The notes under the pieces: generated by a model
The model's input: only the letters and a program-made list of their open reading frames with translations
Databases searched by the model: none
Told to the model about the DNA's origin: nothing
DNA from: Nemertoderma westbladi
Taxonomy: Eukaryota; Animalia; Xenacoelomorpha
Reading direction: 5' to 3'
Length of the DNA stretch: 64,000 nt
Assembly (NCBI GenBank): GCA_032718475.1
Contig: JAUCBJ010006371.1
Location: forward strand, 40,395 to 104,394
Program-made: the position numbers and the translations under genes
Shown here: piece by piece, positions 1 to 12,949 of the stretch
Position numbering within the stretch: the stretch's first letter is position 1
Layout of the letters: the number at the start of each line of letters is the position of its first letter

Positions 1-1405
1 TTGGACCAGCACCACAGCCCACATTATTACCTATGTTGGACCAGCACCACAGCTCACATTATTACCTATGTTGGACCAGCACCACAGCTCACATTATTAC
101 CTATGTTGGACCAGCACCACAGCTCACATTATTACCATGTTGGACCAGCACCACAGCTCACATTATTACCATATTGGACCAGCACCACAGCTCACATTAT
201 TACCTATGTTGGACCAGCACCACAGCTCACATTATTACCATTTTGGACCAGCACCACAGCTCACATTATTACCATGTTGGACCATCACCACAGCTCACAT
301 TATTACCTATGTTGGACCAGCACCACAGCTCACATTATTACCTATGTTGGACCAGCACCACAGCTCACATTATTACCTATGTTGGACCAGCACCACAGCT
401 CACATTATTACCTATGTTGGACCAGCACCACAGCTCACATTATTACCTATGTTGGACCAGCACCACAGCTCACATTATTACCATGTTGGACCAGCACCAC
501 AGCTCACATTATTACCATGTTGGACCAGCACCACAGCTCACATTAATACCTATGTTGGACCAGCACCACAGCTCACATTAATACCTATGTTGGACCAGCA
601 CCACAGCTCACATTATTACCTATGTTGGGCCAGCACCACAGCTCACATTATTACCTATGTTGGACCAGCACCACAGCTCACATTATTACCTATGTTGGAC
701 CAGAACCACAGCTCACATTATTACCATGTTGGACCAGCACCACAGCTCACATTATTACCTATGTTGGACCAGCACCACAGCTCACATTATTACCATGTTG
801 GACCAGCACCACAGCTCACATTATTACCATGTTGGACCAGCACCACAGCTCACATTATTACCTATGTTGGACCAGCACCACAGCTCACATTATTACCATG
901 TTGGACCAGCACCACAGCTCACATTAATACCTATGTTGGACCAGCACCACAGCTCACATTATTACATATGTTGGACCAGCACCACAGCTCACATTATTAC
1001 CTATGTTGGACCAGCACCACAGCTCACATTATTACCTATGTTGGACCAGAACCACAGCTCACATTATTACCATGTTGGACCAGCACCACAGCTCACATTA
1101 TTACCTATGTTGGACCAGCACCACAGCTCACATTATTACCTATGTTGGGCCAGCACCACAGCTCACATTATTACCTATGTTGGACCAGCACCACAGCTCA
1201 CATTATTACCTATGTTGGACCAGAACCACAGCTCACATTATTACCATGTTGGACCAGCACCACAGCTCACATTATTACCTATGTTGGACCAGCACCACAG
1301 CTCACATTATTACCATGTTGGACCAGCACCACAGCTCACATTATTACCTATGTTGGGCCAGCACCACAGCTCACATTATTACCTATGTTGGAACAGTACC
1401 ACAGC
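1..1405. repeat. 35-bp minisatellite (TTGGACCAGCACCACAGCTCACATTATTACCTATG, with 34-bp variants), about 40 copies, cut by the window edge; probably within a PARP4 intron
   Basis: Directly visible tandem unit. The overlapping repetitive ORFs in all three + frames are its translation. Confidence 0.95.
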
Positions 1406-1845
1406 TGCTCACAGCAGCTAGGGCGTGAAGTGTATAAGGCGTGGCATGGGTTATTTTTCAAACATTTAAAAGGTTGCTGAATTTCACATTTTTGGAAAAC
1501 AGGAAGAAAGGTTGTGCAGATAGAATAATTTATATTTAACCGGGTGCCTAAGTAGGCCTTGTTATGTTAGACATGGATGACAGTGTAGTCGTAATTATGT
1601 TATTTTTGTCCCGATAATTATAAGATAAATAATCATATTATTCCTCGAGAAAAATAATATTTTTTATTATTTTATATTTTTTGGTGAAATCTCTCAAATT
1701 TTTATTGTACGTATCGATAGAGTACCGAAGTATAGCAAATGTTTGAACCTGATTTGAACAAATTAATCAACACACTCTAAATTTTAAAAATATTTTGGTT
1801 ATCGGACAACCAGTCCTGTAACTTCCATTCATTTCTATTTTCCAG

Positions 1846-4800
1846 ATGATCCATCAGCTAGCAGCTCGAGCTCTTATTCGCGATTGGGAACAGGGGTTGC
1901 TTGGCAACACAGCTGTGGAACACGAGTCATTGAAAATGACAACAAAATCGACAATTATAGAACTCAGCCAAATCTATCAAATAGTCACGGAATTTACTAG
2001 CTTTATCGCTGTTGAGAAAAGAGAAAAAGTTAGTCGTAATCTATTAGTAATGTATTGTGTTATTGTTATATTTTATATTTTTTTAACTGTTTGTTTCTGT
2101 GGAATTTCTAATAATTTGTACCTCGCCTTAATTTTCCAATTTCAAGGGGTTTTAATTAACAAATGAGATTTTACAATTGTAATATTGTATTTGTAACCAT
2201 TACGTATTTACAGGATGAAGTATTTGACAGCTCTGCTGGTCCAGATATGTTCGAGTTATTGGCGATTGAGGACGTGGACAGTCTGAAGTATATGGGATGG
2301 ACTGAAGGGGACCCCGAACCAGAAGATATAGCCGATATAATATTCGACCCCAACGATGTTATGGATGCGGCTTCTGCCGCTGAGACTATAGGCGGTCTAA
2401 TTAAAGATGCAAAGGTATTTTAATATTTATTAGCTAAATAACTTTGTTATGGGATCAACTAATGGTTCCTTATTTATTTTAGTTTAGTGATATGATTTGA
2501 TTCTTTTAAGATTTCTCAGGAAACCAAAATAATATATTCAATTACTAAGGGGGCAGGCATTTTGTTCGTGTTTCATCAATGCATTTAAATATTGCGTCCA
2601 AATTGTCAAATAACAGAATTACCCTGGATCACAATTTGTGCCATTCGATTTTGCATCTCGCTAACAGTCTTCCACATTTTGATGCGTCGCTATCGACACA
2701 TCTACTTATTATTCAAGTTGCGTCACATTAACTCCATTTTATTATATTCTTAATCGTATGTAATTAATTATCACAATCCTTTAAAAATGATATATTATTA
2801 TATTTTAACTGCTAGGTAGCCGAATCTTCCAATATAAAGGAAGCGGAACGCGCATACCGTGAGGCAATGGAAGCTTGCGATAATATTATTGGAGATGAAT
2901 TACTAATGAAACCGATTGCAGTAAAGGCATTCCTCGATAGCAAAATAGCCTGGTTGCGGTTTCTTATCAATTTCAAGAAAGAAGAGGCCTCAACTATAGA
3001 GGGTATCGTCGAGGCTTTCGATTGGCTATCGCAGGTTGACATGGATGAAATCCCAGAGGATCATCGAGGCGATTACTTCGAGTTAATAGACGATGCCGTT
3101 TGTGAGTTAGGCGAGCTCGGATTTTGGGAGTTGTTGTGTGATTTGGTTGGAACTGAAGAACGCCTTGACATAAACGTTCATTTTGGAGAACTGGTAGAGT
3201 CGATGAAGAAATTCTCCCTACCGGTAGGTGTTAGGCATCTACTCGATGCTTCTCTAGAACTGTGTGAGGAACAGAAATCTAAGGCCTTAGAGGAATTGGG
3301 CCATGATTATAGTACAAGTGCGTCTTCATCTTCTCTTGATGAGGGGGAGGATGATGATAGAGATGTTTGTGAGTGTTACGATCCTGATCTCACAGGATCT
3401 TCCAGCTACTCCGACGTTGATGAGGCCGTCGCCCCGATTGTTATGGATCTCGGCGGGTTTACCGTCAAGGCGGGATTCGCGGGATACGAGAAACCCTCGG
3501 TGACGGTTCCTACGGCGGTGGGGCGTCCCAGACACCAGGGCGTCATGGTCGGAATGGGTCAGAAGGACAGCTACGTTGGTTCCGAAGCCGTGGGTAGCGT
3601 GCCTTCGGTAGGGAAGGTTCTACCGGAAACCGGTAATTCCGTGAAGAAGAAGAAGAAGAAGGCACGGGTAGTATCGAATGAACCGGTGTTCAACTTGCAG
3701 CGAGAAGTCGCCGAAAAAGCGCCAATTTATACAGAAATAGCGAGGAGGCGGATTGCAGGGGAAGGTGGCGGTTTCGGTGGCGGTGGTGACAAGGGGGCGT
3801 CCTTCAAGGAGGCGCCGATAACAGACTCAAAGGAATTGGGGGTCTCTGAAATTATCACTGGTTCATTATTTGGTGCGTCGAATAAAATGATGGTGCAAGC
3901 CGTTCCATCCAAGCGTTTGTCAACTTTGAATGCCGCGGCGGCCCCGCAGCAATATTCGCAAAGAACCTACAAATTTGCGGCAGCACCACCGGCACCACCT
4001 CCACCAGGACTTCCTGCGTCATTCGGACCACCACCATCTCAATCTCCAACATACAGTGCAACATCACCTATATCACTAGGATATGGTGCACCACCGTATT
4101 CTATTGCAGCCGCAACTTATGGCACGCCACAAGCATCACCATTTATTTCTGCACCTAGACCGCCAGCACCTCAGCAACACTCCATATTATTTGGTGCACC
4201 ACCTGCTCCATCACGACCACTACATCAACCTCCTCCTCCACCTGCACGCAAATCATTTCTACTCGGTGCCCCTCAAGCACTACAATATGCTTCACATATA
4301 GGATGGCGTGCAGAACCACAACCTTCCTTTACATTCGGGGCACCAATACCATCATCAGCTCCGCTCCCGCGGGCAAGAGGTGGAGCATTACCTCAATCAC
4401 AAGATTTCGCTCCATCACCGCCCAAACCGGCTCCAGTACAATCCATCACACAACCGCCCTCGCCCCCGCAAGCCGCTACCAAACCTGAATATTTCTGTAA
4501 TATTTCGAGAGCTAAGCGAGTAATTACAAGTAAATCAGTGGTGGATAGGAAAGCCAGCGAAATTACATCAGCGATGGATGCAGAAGAATTTGGAGGACTT
4601 AGAAAGACGACGTCTAGTGGGATTAAGCCATCGTGGAGATCTGTACCTACCCCTGGGGGTAACTTATTGATGGCCGCCGATTATGTTCCTTTCGCAGCCG
4701 AAATACCCCAGCGAGTTCTATTAAAGAAATCGACGGATCGCGATGCCGTGGTCCTACCTGCAGGAGGTAAAAGGATTCCGGTACCATCGGGACGTGGGGG

Positions 4801-7331
4801 TTCGCGTCGGTTCGCCGCCCCTGTCGTCCCCCGACCGTCCATGCGGGTCTCGGATTTCAACGACGAGTTACTAATGGCGAGGAATACGATGTCTCTAGAT
4901 GATGAAGATGAGTTGATGGCCGAACTGGATGAGATGGAAGAGGATGGCGACGACGAGTGGGACGACGGAAGTCCAACTCTGTACGATACCGGGTTTAGCT
5001 ATATAGACATGGCTCTCTCTAAGAGTGACCCCGCGGTTCCCAGTATATGTGTAGCACAGCAACTAAAGGCTCTCTGGGAACTCCAAAATAGTGAGGGTTA
5101 TTGGGAACTTTCAGTAGAAGTCGGCGAACTGATTGATATACCGTGCCACCAGATTCTGGCTAATCTAGTTGACGCCGGCCTAATGTCGTTAGGTAAGTTT
5201 ATGAATAATTTGTTTTGTTTATAATACATTTAGACGCTACCGCCAACCGACCATCGATATGTCCGAGACAGACCGACGATATGTCCGACAGACCGACGAT
5301 ATGTCCGACAGACCGACGATATGACCGACAGACCGACGATATGTCCGACATACCGACGATATGTCCGACATACCGACGATATGTCCGACAGACCGACGAT
5401 ATGTCCGACGATATATCCGACGATATGACCGACAGACCGACGATATGTCCGACATACCGACGATATGTCCGACAGACCGACGATATGTCCGACGATATAT
5501 CCGACGATATGACCGACAGACCGACGATATGTCCGACAGACCGACGATATGTCCGACAGAACGACGATATGTCCGACAGACCGACGATGTGTGCGACAGA
5601 CCGACGATGTGTCCGACACACCGACGATATGTCCGACAGACCGACGCTATGTCTGACAGAGCGACGATATGTCCGACAGACCGATGCTATGTCCGACAGA
5701 CCGACGATATGTCCGACAGACCGACGATATGACCGACAGACCGACGATATGTCCGACATACCGACGATATGTCCGACATACCGACGATATGTCCGACAGA
5801 CCGACGATATGTCCGACGATATATCCGACGATATGACCGACAGACCGACGATATGTCCGACATACCGACGATATGTCCGACAGACCGACGATATGTCCGA
5901 CGATATATCCTACGATATGACCGACAGACCGACGATATGTCCGACAGACCGACGATATGTCCGACAGAACGACGATATGTCCGACAGACCGACGATGTGT
6001 GCGACAGACCGACGATGTGTCCGACACACCGACGATATGTCCGACAGACCGACGCTATGTCTGACAGAGCGACGATATGTCCGACAGACCGATGCTATGT
6101 CCGACAGACCAACGATATGTCCGACACACCGACGCTATGTCCGACAGACCGACGATATGTCCGACAGACCGATGCTATGTCCGACAGACCGACGCTATGT
6201 CCGACAGACAGACGATGTGTCCGACAGACCGACGATATATCCGACAAACCGACGCTATGGCCGACAGACCGACGATATGTCCGTCCGATCGACGATATGT
6301 CCGACCGACCGACGATATATCTGACAGACCGACGATATGTCCGACAGACCGACGATATGTCCGACAGACCGACGATTTGTCCGACCGACCGACGATATGT
6401 CCGACAGACCGACGATATGTCCGACAGACCGACGATATGTCTGACAGACCGACGATATGTCCGACAGACCCACGATATGTCCGACAGACCGACCGTCTCC
6501 CGTCTGACGATACGTCCGACAGACCGACGATATGTCCGACAGACCGACGATATGTCCGACAGACCCACGATATGTCCTACAGACCGACGATATGTCCGAC
6601 AGACCGACGATATGTCCGACAGACCGACCGTCTCCCGTCTGACGATACGTCCGACAGACCGACGATATGTCCGACAGACCGACGATATGTCCGACAGACC
6701 GACGATATGTCAGACAGACCGACGATATGTCCGACAGACCGACGATATGTCTGACAGACCGACGATATGTCCGACAGACCCACGATATGTCCTACAGACC
6801 GACGATATGTCCGACAGACCGACGATATGTCCGACAGACCGACCGTCTCCCGTCTGACGATACGTCCGACAGACCGACGATATGTCCGACAGACCGACGA
6901 TATGTCCGACAGACCGACGATATGTCCGACAGACCGACGATATGTCAGACAGACCGACGATATGTCCGACAGACCGACGATATGTCCGACAGACCGGACC
7001 GTCTCCCGTCTGACGATACTTCCGACAGACCGGTTATTTTCCGATTATTTCTGTTCCAGGTATTCGCACAACGGACTCGACTACGAGATTCGTTGCCACA
7101 CTGTTCGTCCTTCTTTATATATCGAACCTGGATGCTTTTCTCGACGGTGTTGACCTCACGGTCGCTGACCTTAAAAATCTAAAATTCCTCATTGTCAGTG
7201 ACTTTGAAGGTCGTCTTGGTAAGGCTGTTGAATTTGTTAAGAAGATTAATGGAAGTTTCCCATTGGTTCTTACCAGTTTGGAATTGGGACGGAATATTCC
7301 TGAGTCTTTAGATATGATAGTCGCAGAATAA
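1846..7331 (+). CDS. PARP4: PARP4 / vault poly(ADP-ribose) polymerase-like protein, 3' part (5' exons lie outside the window)
   Basis: Exons 1846-2028, 2214-2414, 2816-5192 and 7060-7331(TAA) have GT-AG junctions and compatible phases. [17 protein letters not shown]...[15 protein letters not shown] and [11 protein letters not shown] match the post-VWA region of PARP4. [13 protein letters not shown]...GLMSLG|IRTT...[11 protein letters not shown]...AVEFVKK...LELGRN matches the C-terminal MVP-interacting domain. Confidence 0.88.
5250..7031. repeat. 20-bp minisatellite (GACCGACGATATGTCCGACA) filling nearly all of the last PARP4 intron (5193-7059), with a ~408-bp higher-order duplication
   Basis: Visible tandem unit. 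The pattern of variant units recurs at a 408-bp offset (e.g. 5361 vs 5769). Confidence 0.95.
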
Positions 7332-7379
7332 ACAGATTCAATGTTATAATGACCAATAAAGATAAAAGTTCTCTCTTAA

Positions 7380-9775
7380 CCCTATTAGTACCGGGCTATA
7401 AAATGCTGTACAAATACCGGAGGGGGGTCATATTGACCCCCCCCCCCCCACCCCCCCCCCCCCCCCCCTCCTCTAAAATCTACAAATATTTACGAAAACG
7501 TCTGATTTTCTGTTTGTACGTAGGTATCACTAGTCTGGATCCGACCGAAAAAAAAATTTTCGAAAAAATGTACTGGGGTGGTTATATTGCAGCTCCAAAA
7601 TTACAAGTGGTGCACAATTTTCACAAAATTTAAAAGTTACATTTTCGGCTAATTATTTTTCAATACAGGATTTCTGGGGCGCATAATACATTGGAAAATA
7701 TTTAAAAATGATATGATTACTATAAATGGCTGTTTAGTCCTCTCTGCGTAGGAAAAAAAGGAAAAAAACAAGTAACCAGCACTTTTCAGTTAGAACACAA
7801 AATATTTAATTCACTTATACGATGCTATAAATTCACATTTTCAGGTTTTCTAGGGCGCTGATTCTAATGGAATACATTTCTAATATTCCAGATCATTGCT
7901 ACTTGTATTTTTCGGCGTAATTTGGCACATTTTGGTGCTAGCACCAAATTTCGTACCCATCACCAAAAAGTACAAGTTTGCGATGTCCAGTGCTGTTTTT
8001 ATTGATTCCATCGGATTCAGAACCCTCAAAAACCCGTATAACGCAAGAAACAAGGTGACACAATCAAAACGCAAGAAATAAATAGTCAGTCACAAGCAAT
8101 TTTATCTATTGAATGGATTTTCAAAATTTCGTGCTTGCACCAAAATTTGCACACAGCACCGAAAAATACAAGTTTGATACGTTTGGTGCAACTCGTATAT
8201 ATATCATCGAAACCAGGACCCCAAAAAAACCCCAATTGCGTAAAAAACAAGTTTCAAACAATCAATTTACAAAATTGACATATTTCAAAATTTGGTGCTG
8301 GCACCAAAATTTGACATCCGCCGAAAAAAACAAGTTTGAAATTTCTAAATCAATTTATATGAATTCCATCCAATTGCTAACACCAAAAAACTGGAGTAAA
8401 TAAAAAATAGAGATGTTACAATTCATATTTAATGAAATGTAATTTTCAAAAAAACGTCTCAAAAAATGTGCCAAAAGTTGGGTTAAAAAATGGTGCTATA
8501 ACTCGAAAACTACCCAATATTTTTGAAAACGGTTTTCACTACTAGGAAGACAATAGATTTTTAGGAAAAGTCATAAAATTTCAGATTCCCAACTGCGTTT
8601 GTTTCAGAATTCTAATAAAAAAAACCACAGGGGGGCCATTCTCACCAAAATTGGCCAAACGGGTGTCCTGAAGCCATAACTTATGTTTATGGCGGTTCTA
8701 GAAAGTGGTTGATGGCTTCAAAGTTAATGTTAACAGTTAATTTCAGCTCTAACATACATCATGTCTTACCGTAGCAGAACATAATATGGCCAAAAATATG
8801 GTCAAAATGACATTTTCACATGTCCCAGTTCCAAAGTACTAGTAGAACAAACTGTTAGAAAATTCCAACCCCAAGGTCATATCCAGTAAACCAACATATC
8901 GTTAGAAAGCTGGATAAATAGAGATTCGTTTTCAGCAGTATTTGTATACGTACAATGTAGTTGGTGTCGTACAGCTGCATTTAACATCGTGTCCGACACT
9001 TTTCTAATTTTTATGTCCGACCCTGTAATGGTGCTCATTTCATCTTAACTTTTTAAGAGCAATCCTAAAAGTAAATGTAATTTGAAAGCAAATTTTCTCA
9101 GGATGACCACGTTAAAATTTCATCGCATTTGATTAATTTCCGTACAAGTAGTCGTCTTCTAAGTAGACCAAGGTATATGTGACAATCTCTTTGTCCGGCC
9201 CCTGTAATGGTGAGATATTGCCTATTTAAAAATGATACAATTACTGATAAGAGTTAGTAAAAATACTGCCAGATTCGTATTTCTCAGCGCTTTCAGGGGG
9301 TGTATGAAATATGTAGGTTAGCCACACTGCAAATTATTTATAAACAATAATCAATCACTGTGTCCGGCCCTGTAATGGTGTCCGCCCCTTGTAATGTATG
9401 GCTCTAGGAGGCTCTGGGATCACGTTCACTATTATAATAAAAGTAATATCTTTCATAATTCAAAATATAATTATAGGCGTGGATTATTATATATTTTCCA
9501 AGAAATGTACGCATTACAAGCCGGACAAATCATTACTGGGCGAACTCGTTTTAAATGCCAAATAAATTTTTTCAACGGCGCAAAAGTGTTTGACTATGGT
9601 GCCCATGAAATTCCTGAGATCACGAGCTTTCAGATAATATATGGGTTTACTATATTCTGGAGAACAATTTTTTTGGAAATATTTACACCCGTTTTGGCTA
9701 ATTTTGGTGAGAATGGGCCAAGGGGGGTCATATTGACCCCCCCACCCCCCCCCCCCCCCCCCGGGTTTAATAGGG
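7380..9775. mobile_element. Non-autonomous piggyBac-like DNA transposon (~2.4 kb)
   Basis: TTAA target duplication at 7376-7379 and 9776-9779. Imperfect TIRs CCCTATTAGTACCGGG / CCCGGGTTTAATAGGG. Subterminal palindrome GGGGGGTCATATTGACCCCCC near both ends, and an internal inverted repeat (~8636 vs ~9686). No transposase ORF. Confidence 0.82.
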
Positions 9776-12171
9776 TTAATTGTTGAATATGAATATTGTT
9801 GATTTTTTGTATTCGTTAGATAATTATATTTAATTTTATTTCAAGAAATTAATAGCAAAAAACCTCTAATATGTACAAACACACATACACACAATAATAA
9901 TGGACTAGAGAGAGACCCAGACAGCCTGCCGTCCTTATAGATTTAGCTTCTGGGAAAGCCCAACCTCTTGATTGGGGCAAACCACATCACCAATTGCATG
10001 CGATACATCCCCCAGATTCTTACGCCATGTATTGTGATTTACCAGATATGACCTCACATATTTGTATCAATAATTATTTGGAGTGTCAGAAATACGCTCT
10101 GGGGCGAGCCATGTAGGAAGGACATAGCGTATGTCAATTGGTTTCTTTCGGCGAGTCGGTTAATTTTTACAATTATTGCCATACCACTAAGACTTTGATA
10201 TTAATTATTTCTTTAAAATAGATCCTGATTGATTACCACGATCTTTGCAGGCCTCAGATTTTCCGTTTTGCTATAACATTCTAGTTACTTGGTGTTACAG
10301 TCCTCACCAACATTTGTACAAAATGTAATTTAACTTTCATTATATAAACAGATAATTTTTTAATTTTACTTTTATGAACATTTAAATTTTAATAAAAGTA
10401 AATTCCCAAGCTTATTGTGCCTATAGTTCTAATTGAATCATTGTGTAATGTTTGTAGGCCTACAACAGTTAGTACATTGATTAGTATTTTTTTCATGGAC
10501 TTGTGCTCAGTATATAATAATAATATTATCTAGGCAGATGAAGCCTGATTCTGATGTACCATACCTGATTCTATTTGTATGCTGGTCTTACAATTAATTG
10601 TTATATTATTTTTAAAACAAGCTTGAGTAAAAAATGCTTCAAGTTTAGATTAAAATAATAATTATTATTGTGGTCTTTATTGTTGTGATTTTGTAATTAT
10701 GTATTTTTTTGTGTAAATTTTTAATATGACTTGATTTTTTAATTTATAATTTAAATTATAATATCAAAAATGCTTTAAATAGTAATCAAACTATGTAACT
10801 TACCATTCAATTATTAATTCTTAATAATATTATATTTAACGATATTGAAATTTTGTAATTTTTTATGATATCCTAAGCTGAATTACTTTTGTGGATTGAT
10901 CATCCTTATTGATTGATTCAGTGAAATTATTTTATGTAGGCTTATTCATGATTTAGGAATAGAGTTAAGGGTTTTAGTGATTTTAACAATTTTAATTATC
11001 TACGATTGACCTTGGGAAAGGCCATTAAACCCAACGCGTACTCTAGTAATACTAACCAAACACTAAGTCGATAGTAGAGGTCGTCAAGTTGCGCTGTGTA
11101 AACTGAAAAACTAAACAAGCAAATTAAAGTTATTATCTTTTTTTTTACTTGTGTTTTTAGTTAAGGGGTTGTCCTCAAAGTCTAACGACTGATTATTTCC
11201 AGCGCGGTCGCCCGCCATTACTACTTCCCAGAGGAAACCCCAGTACCCATTTAGCTACAGCTTTATGGGTGTAAGTAAGGTAGAGAGATGCACCTTGGCT
11301 AGTCCCTCTAATGCTCTAAAGCATTCGTGCTGAAACCAAAACCACCATGGCCCCTCTCCGGGGATCTACAGAGAGACGTGAATTCAAGGCAACTAATTTA
11401 ACCCCTTTTTTTTATTGCAATTTTTTTAGATCTCTCAACTAGAGTGAGTAAGTAAGAAATCTTACGAGGTTAGGTAATTAATACGAATTTCTATGGGAAT
11501 TCATTAATTAGGTTTCGGTTTAAAGTCATAGGGTGCGGTGTGAATTAATTCATCCATACATTAATTTGCATACATTGTGTTGGGGTAACGGCCTACCCAT
11601 CCGTGTGATTCATCTGACTTCATCGTTCATTCTCAGTGAATGTAAATGAAATATTTGGGTTGGCAGAGTCGATTGCCACCCGTAAACTATCCATGTACAA
11701 TCAGCTAGCTCCCATTGTATAAGTGCAGTTAGGGTGCCGTGTAAGTAAATGGCAGCGATATTGGTATTCACTCTGCCTACCAGTGCCCATTAATAGCGCC
11801 TTCCCTTTTTCCTAATCCAGTGGAATATTAGCCTGGTCCTGCGATCCCCCTCCCTCTACTAAGGGACTATGCCCGGAATAATTCCTGTTCGATCTTTACT
11901 GATTAGCCGGGACTGACTGACTTGGCGAAACTATTTCGTGTGCTCCACGAACCCTATGCCCCCATCCTGCGTCCGTTAAGCCAAGGCCAATCCAACCTGA
12001 TTGCTTTGCTTCATCCCACATCCTCAATCCAATCTAATTTGGAAATGTACACCATTACTGCGCAATGTTTACTCCACTCCCGTTTCTAAGGCCATGGTCA
12101 TAAAATTAAGTACCAATCGTTGTAATATAACTATTACAGTAATTTTTCGCGAATATTATATTATTATGCTA

Positions 12172-12430
12172 ATGAATGGGATAATCTTTTAGTCTCGTTA
12201 AGCCAAGGAATGCCTGTTCACCACCATGGGTGATCTTCCACAGTAAACCCTTCCACTCTGTTTCCCAGGTTGCCTTGGTTCCCATTTATCGACCACTGAA
12301 GGATGGAGGCCGGGGTTGGGCTAGGCTGCAGCATTTAAAGCACTGTGCCCAAACAGTGCTGCCCCATCTAGGGATCAAACCCGGGCTCCCTAATCGGAAG
12401 CACAGTAATGTCACCACTAGACCAAGCTGC
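12172..12430 (-). mobile_element. tRNA-derived SINE, copy 1
   Basis: The minus-strand head has an A-box TGGTCTAGTGG and a B-box-like GGTTTGATCCC. A second diverged copy lies at ~34993-35250. Confidence 0.75.
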
Positions 12431-12949
12431 TGCTTGGTCTATTATGCTAATGGAATATGGATATATATATATCAGAGAATAGTGCAATAATGTATAATAA
12501 TATAGGATTATTTATTTAATAAATTAAATTTATGGATTAAAATTGCAGGTTTCACTTTGTGGCGGCGGATGTTAAACTATTGAGTGACAGTTAAGAATCC
12601 TGTAAGCGGAACATAGGACGTCGCTGCCTAGCTACGACTGTAAGACAAGGCTACTGCCGCTATGGACGGAGTCTGAGTGGCGCCGGTAGTTAATGGTGCG
12701 GATAGATTTATGTACCGGTACTCCATCCATTTCCTATTCCACACCCCGCTCTAACAGTCAATCACTTCTCAAGAACCCACCCCGTCACACTTTTAAGTAA
12801 CCAAATCCATTAATAATTAGAAATAAACATCCCCCCCCCCATGGTTCCTCGATAATCCATCAATCCAATAATCCATAACCATACATAAATAACCCATACC
12901 TCCAACTATATACAAACCATAACCAACTGTATATAGTTGATCATGCACC

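Noticed and set aside
3419-3589. A separate actin gene or pseudogene
   Set aside because: Only 57 codons are actin-like, in frame within an exon flanked by PARP4 homology. No further actin sequence or suitable splice donor follows.
1-7182. Repetitive ORFs over the 35-bp and 20-bp arrays
   Set aside because: Artefacts of tandem units lacking stops. The 20-bp array lies within a GT-AG intron whose removal restores the PARP4 C-terminal domain.
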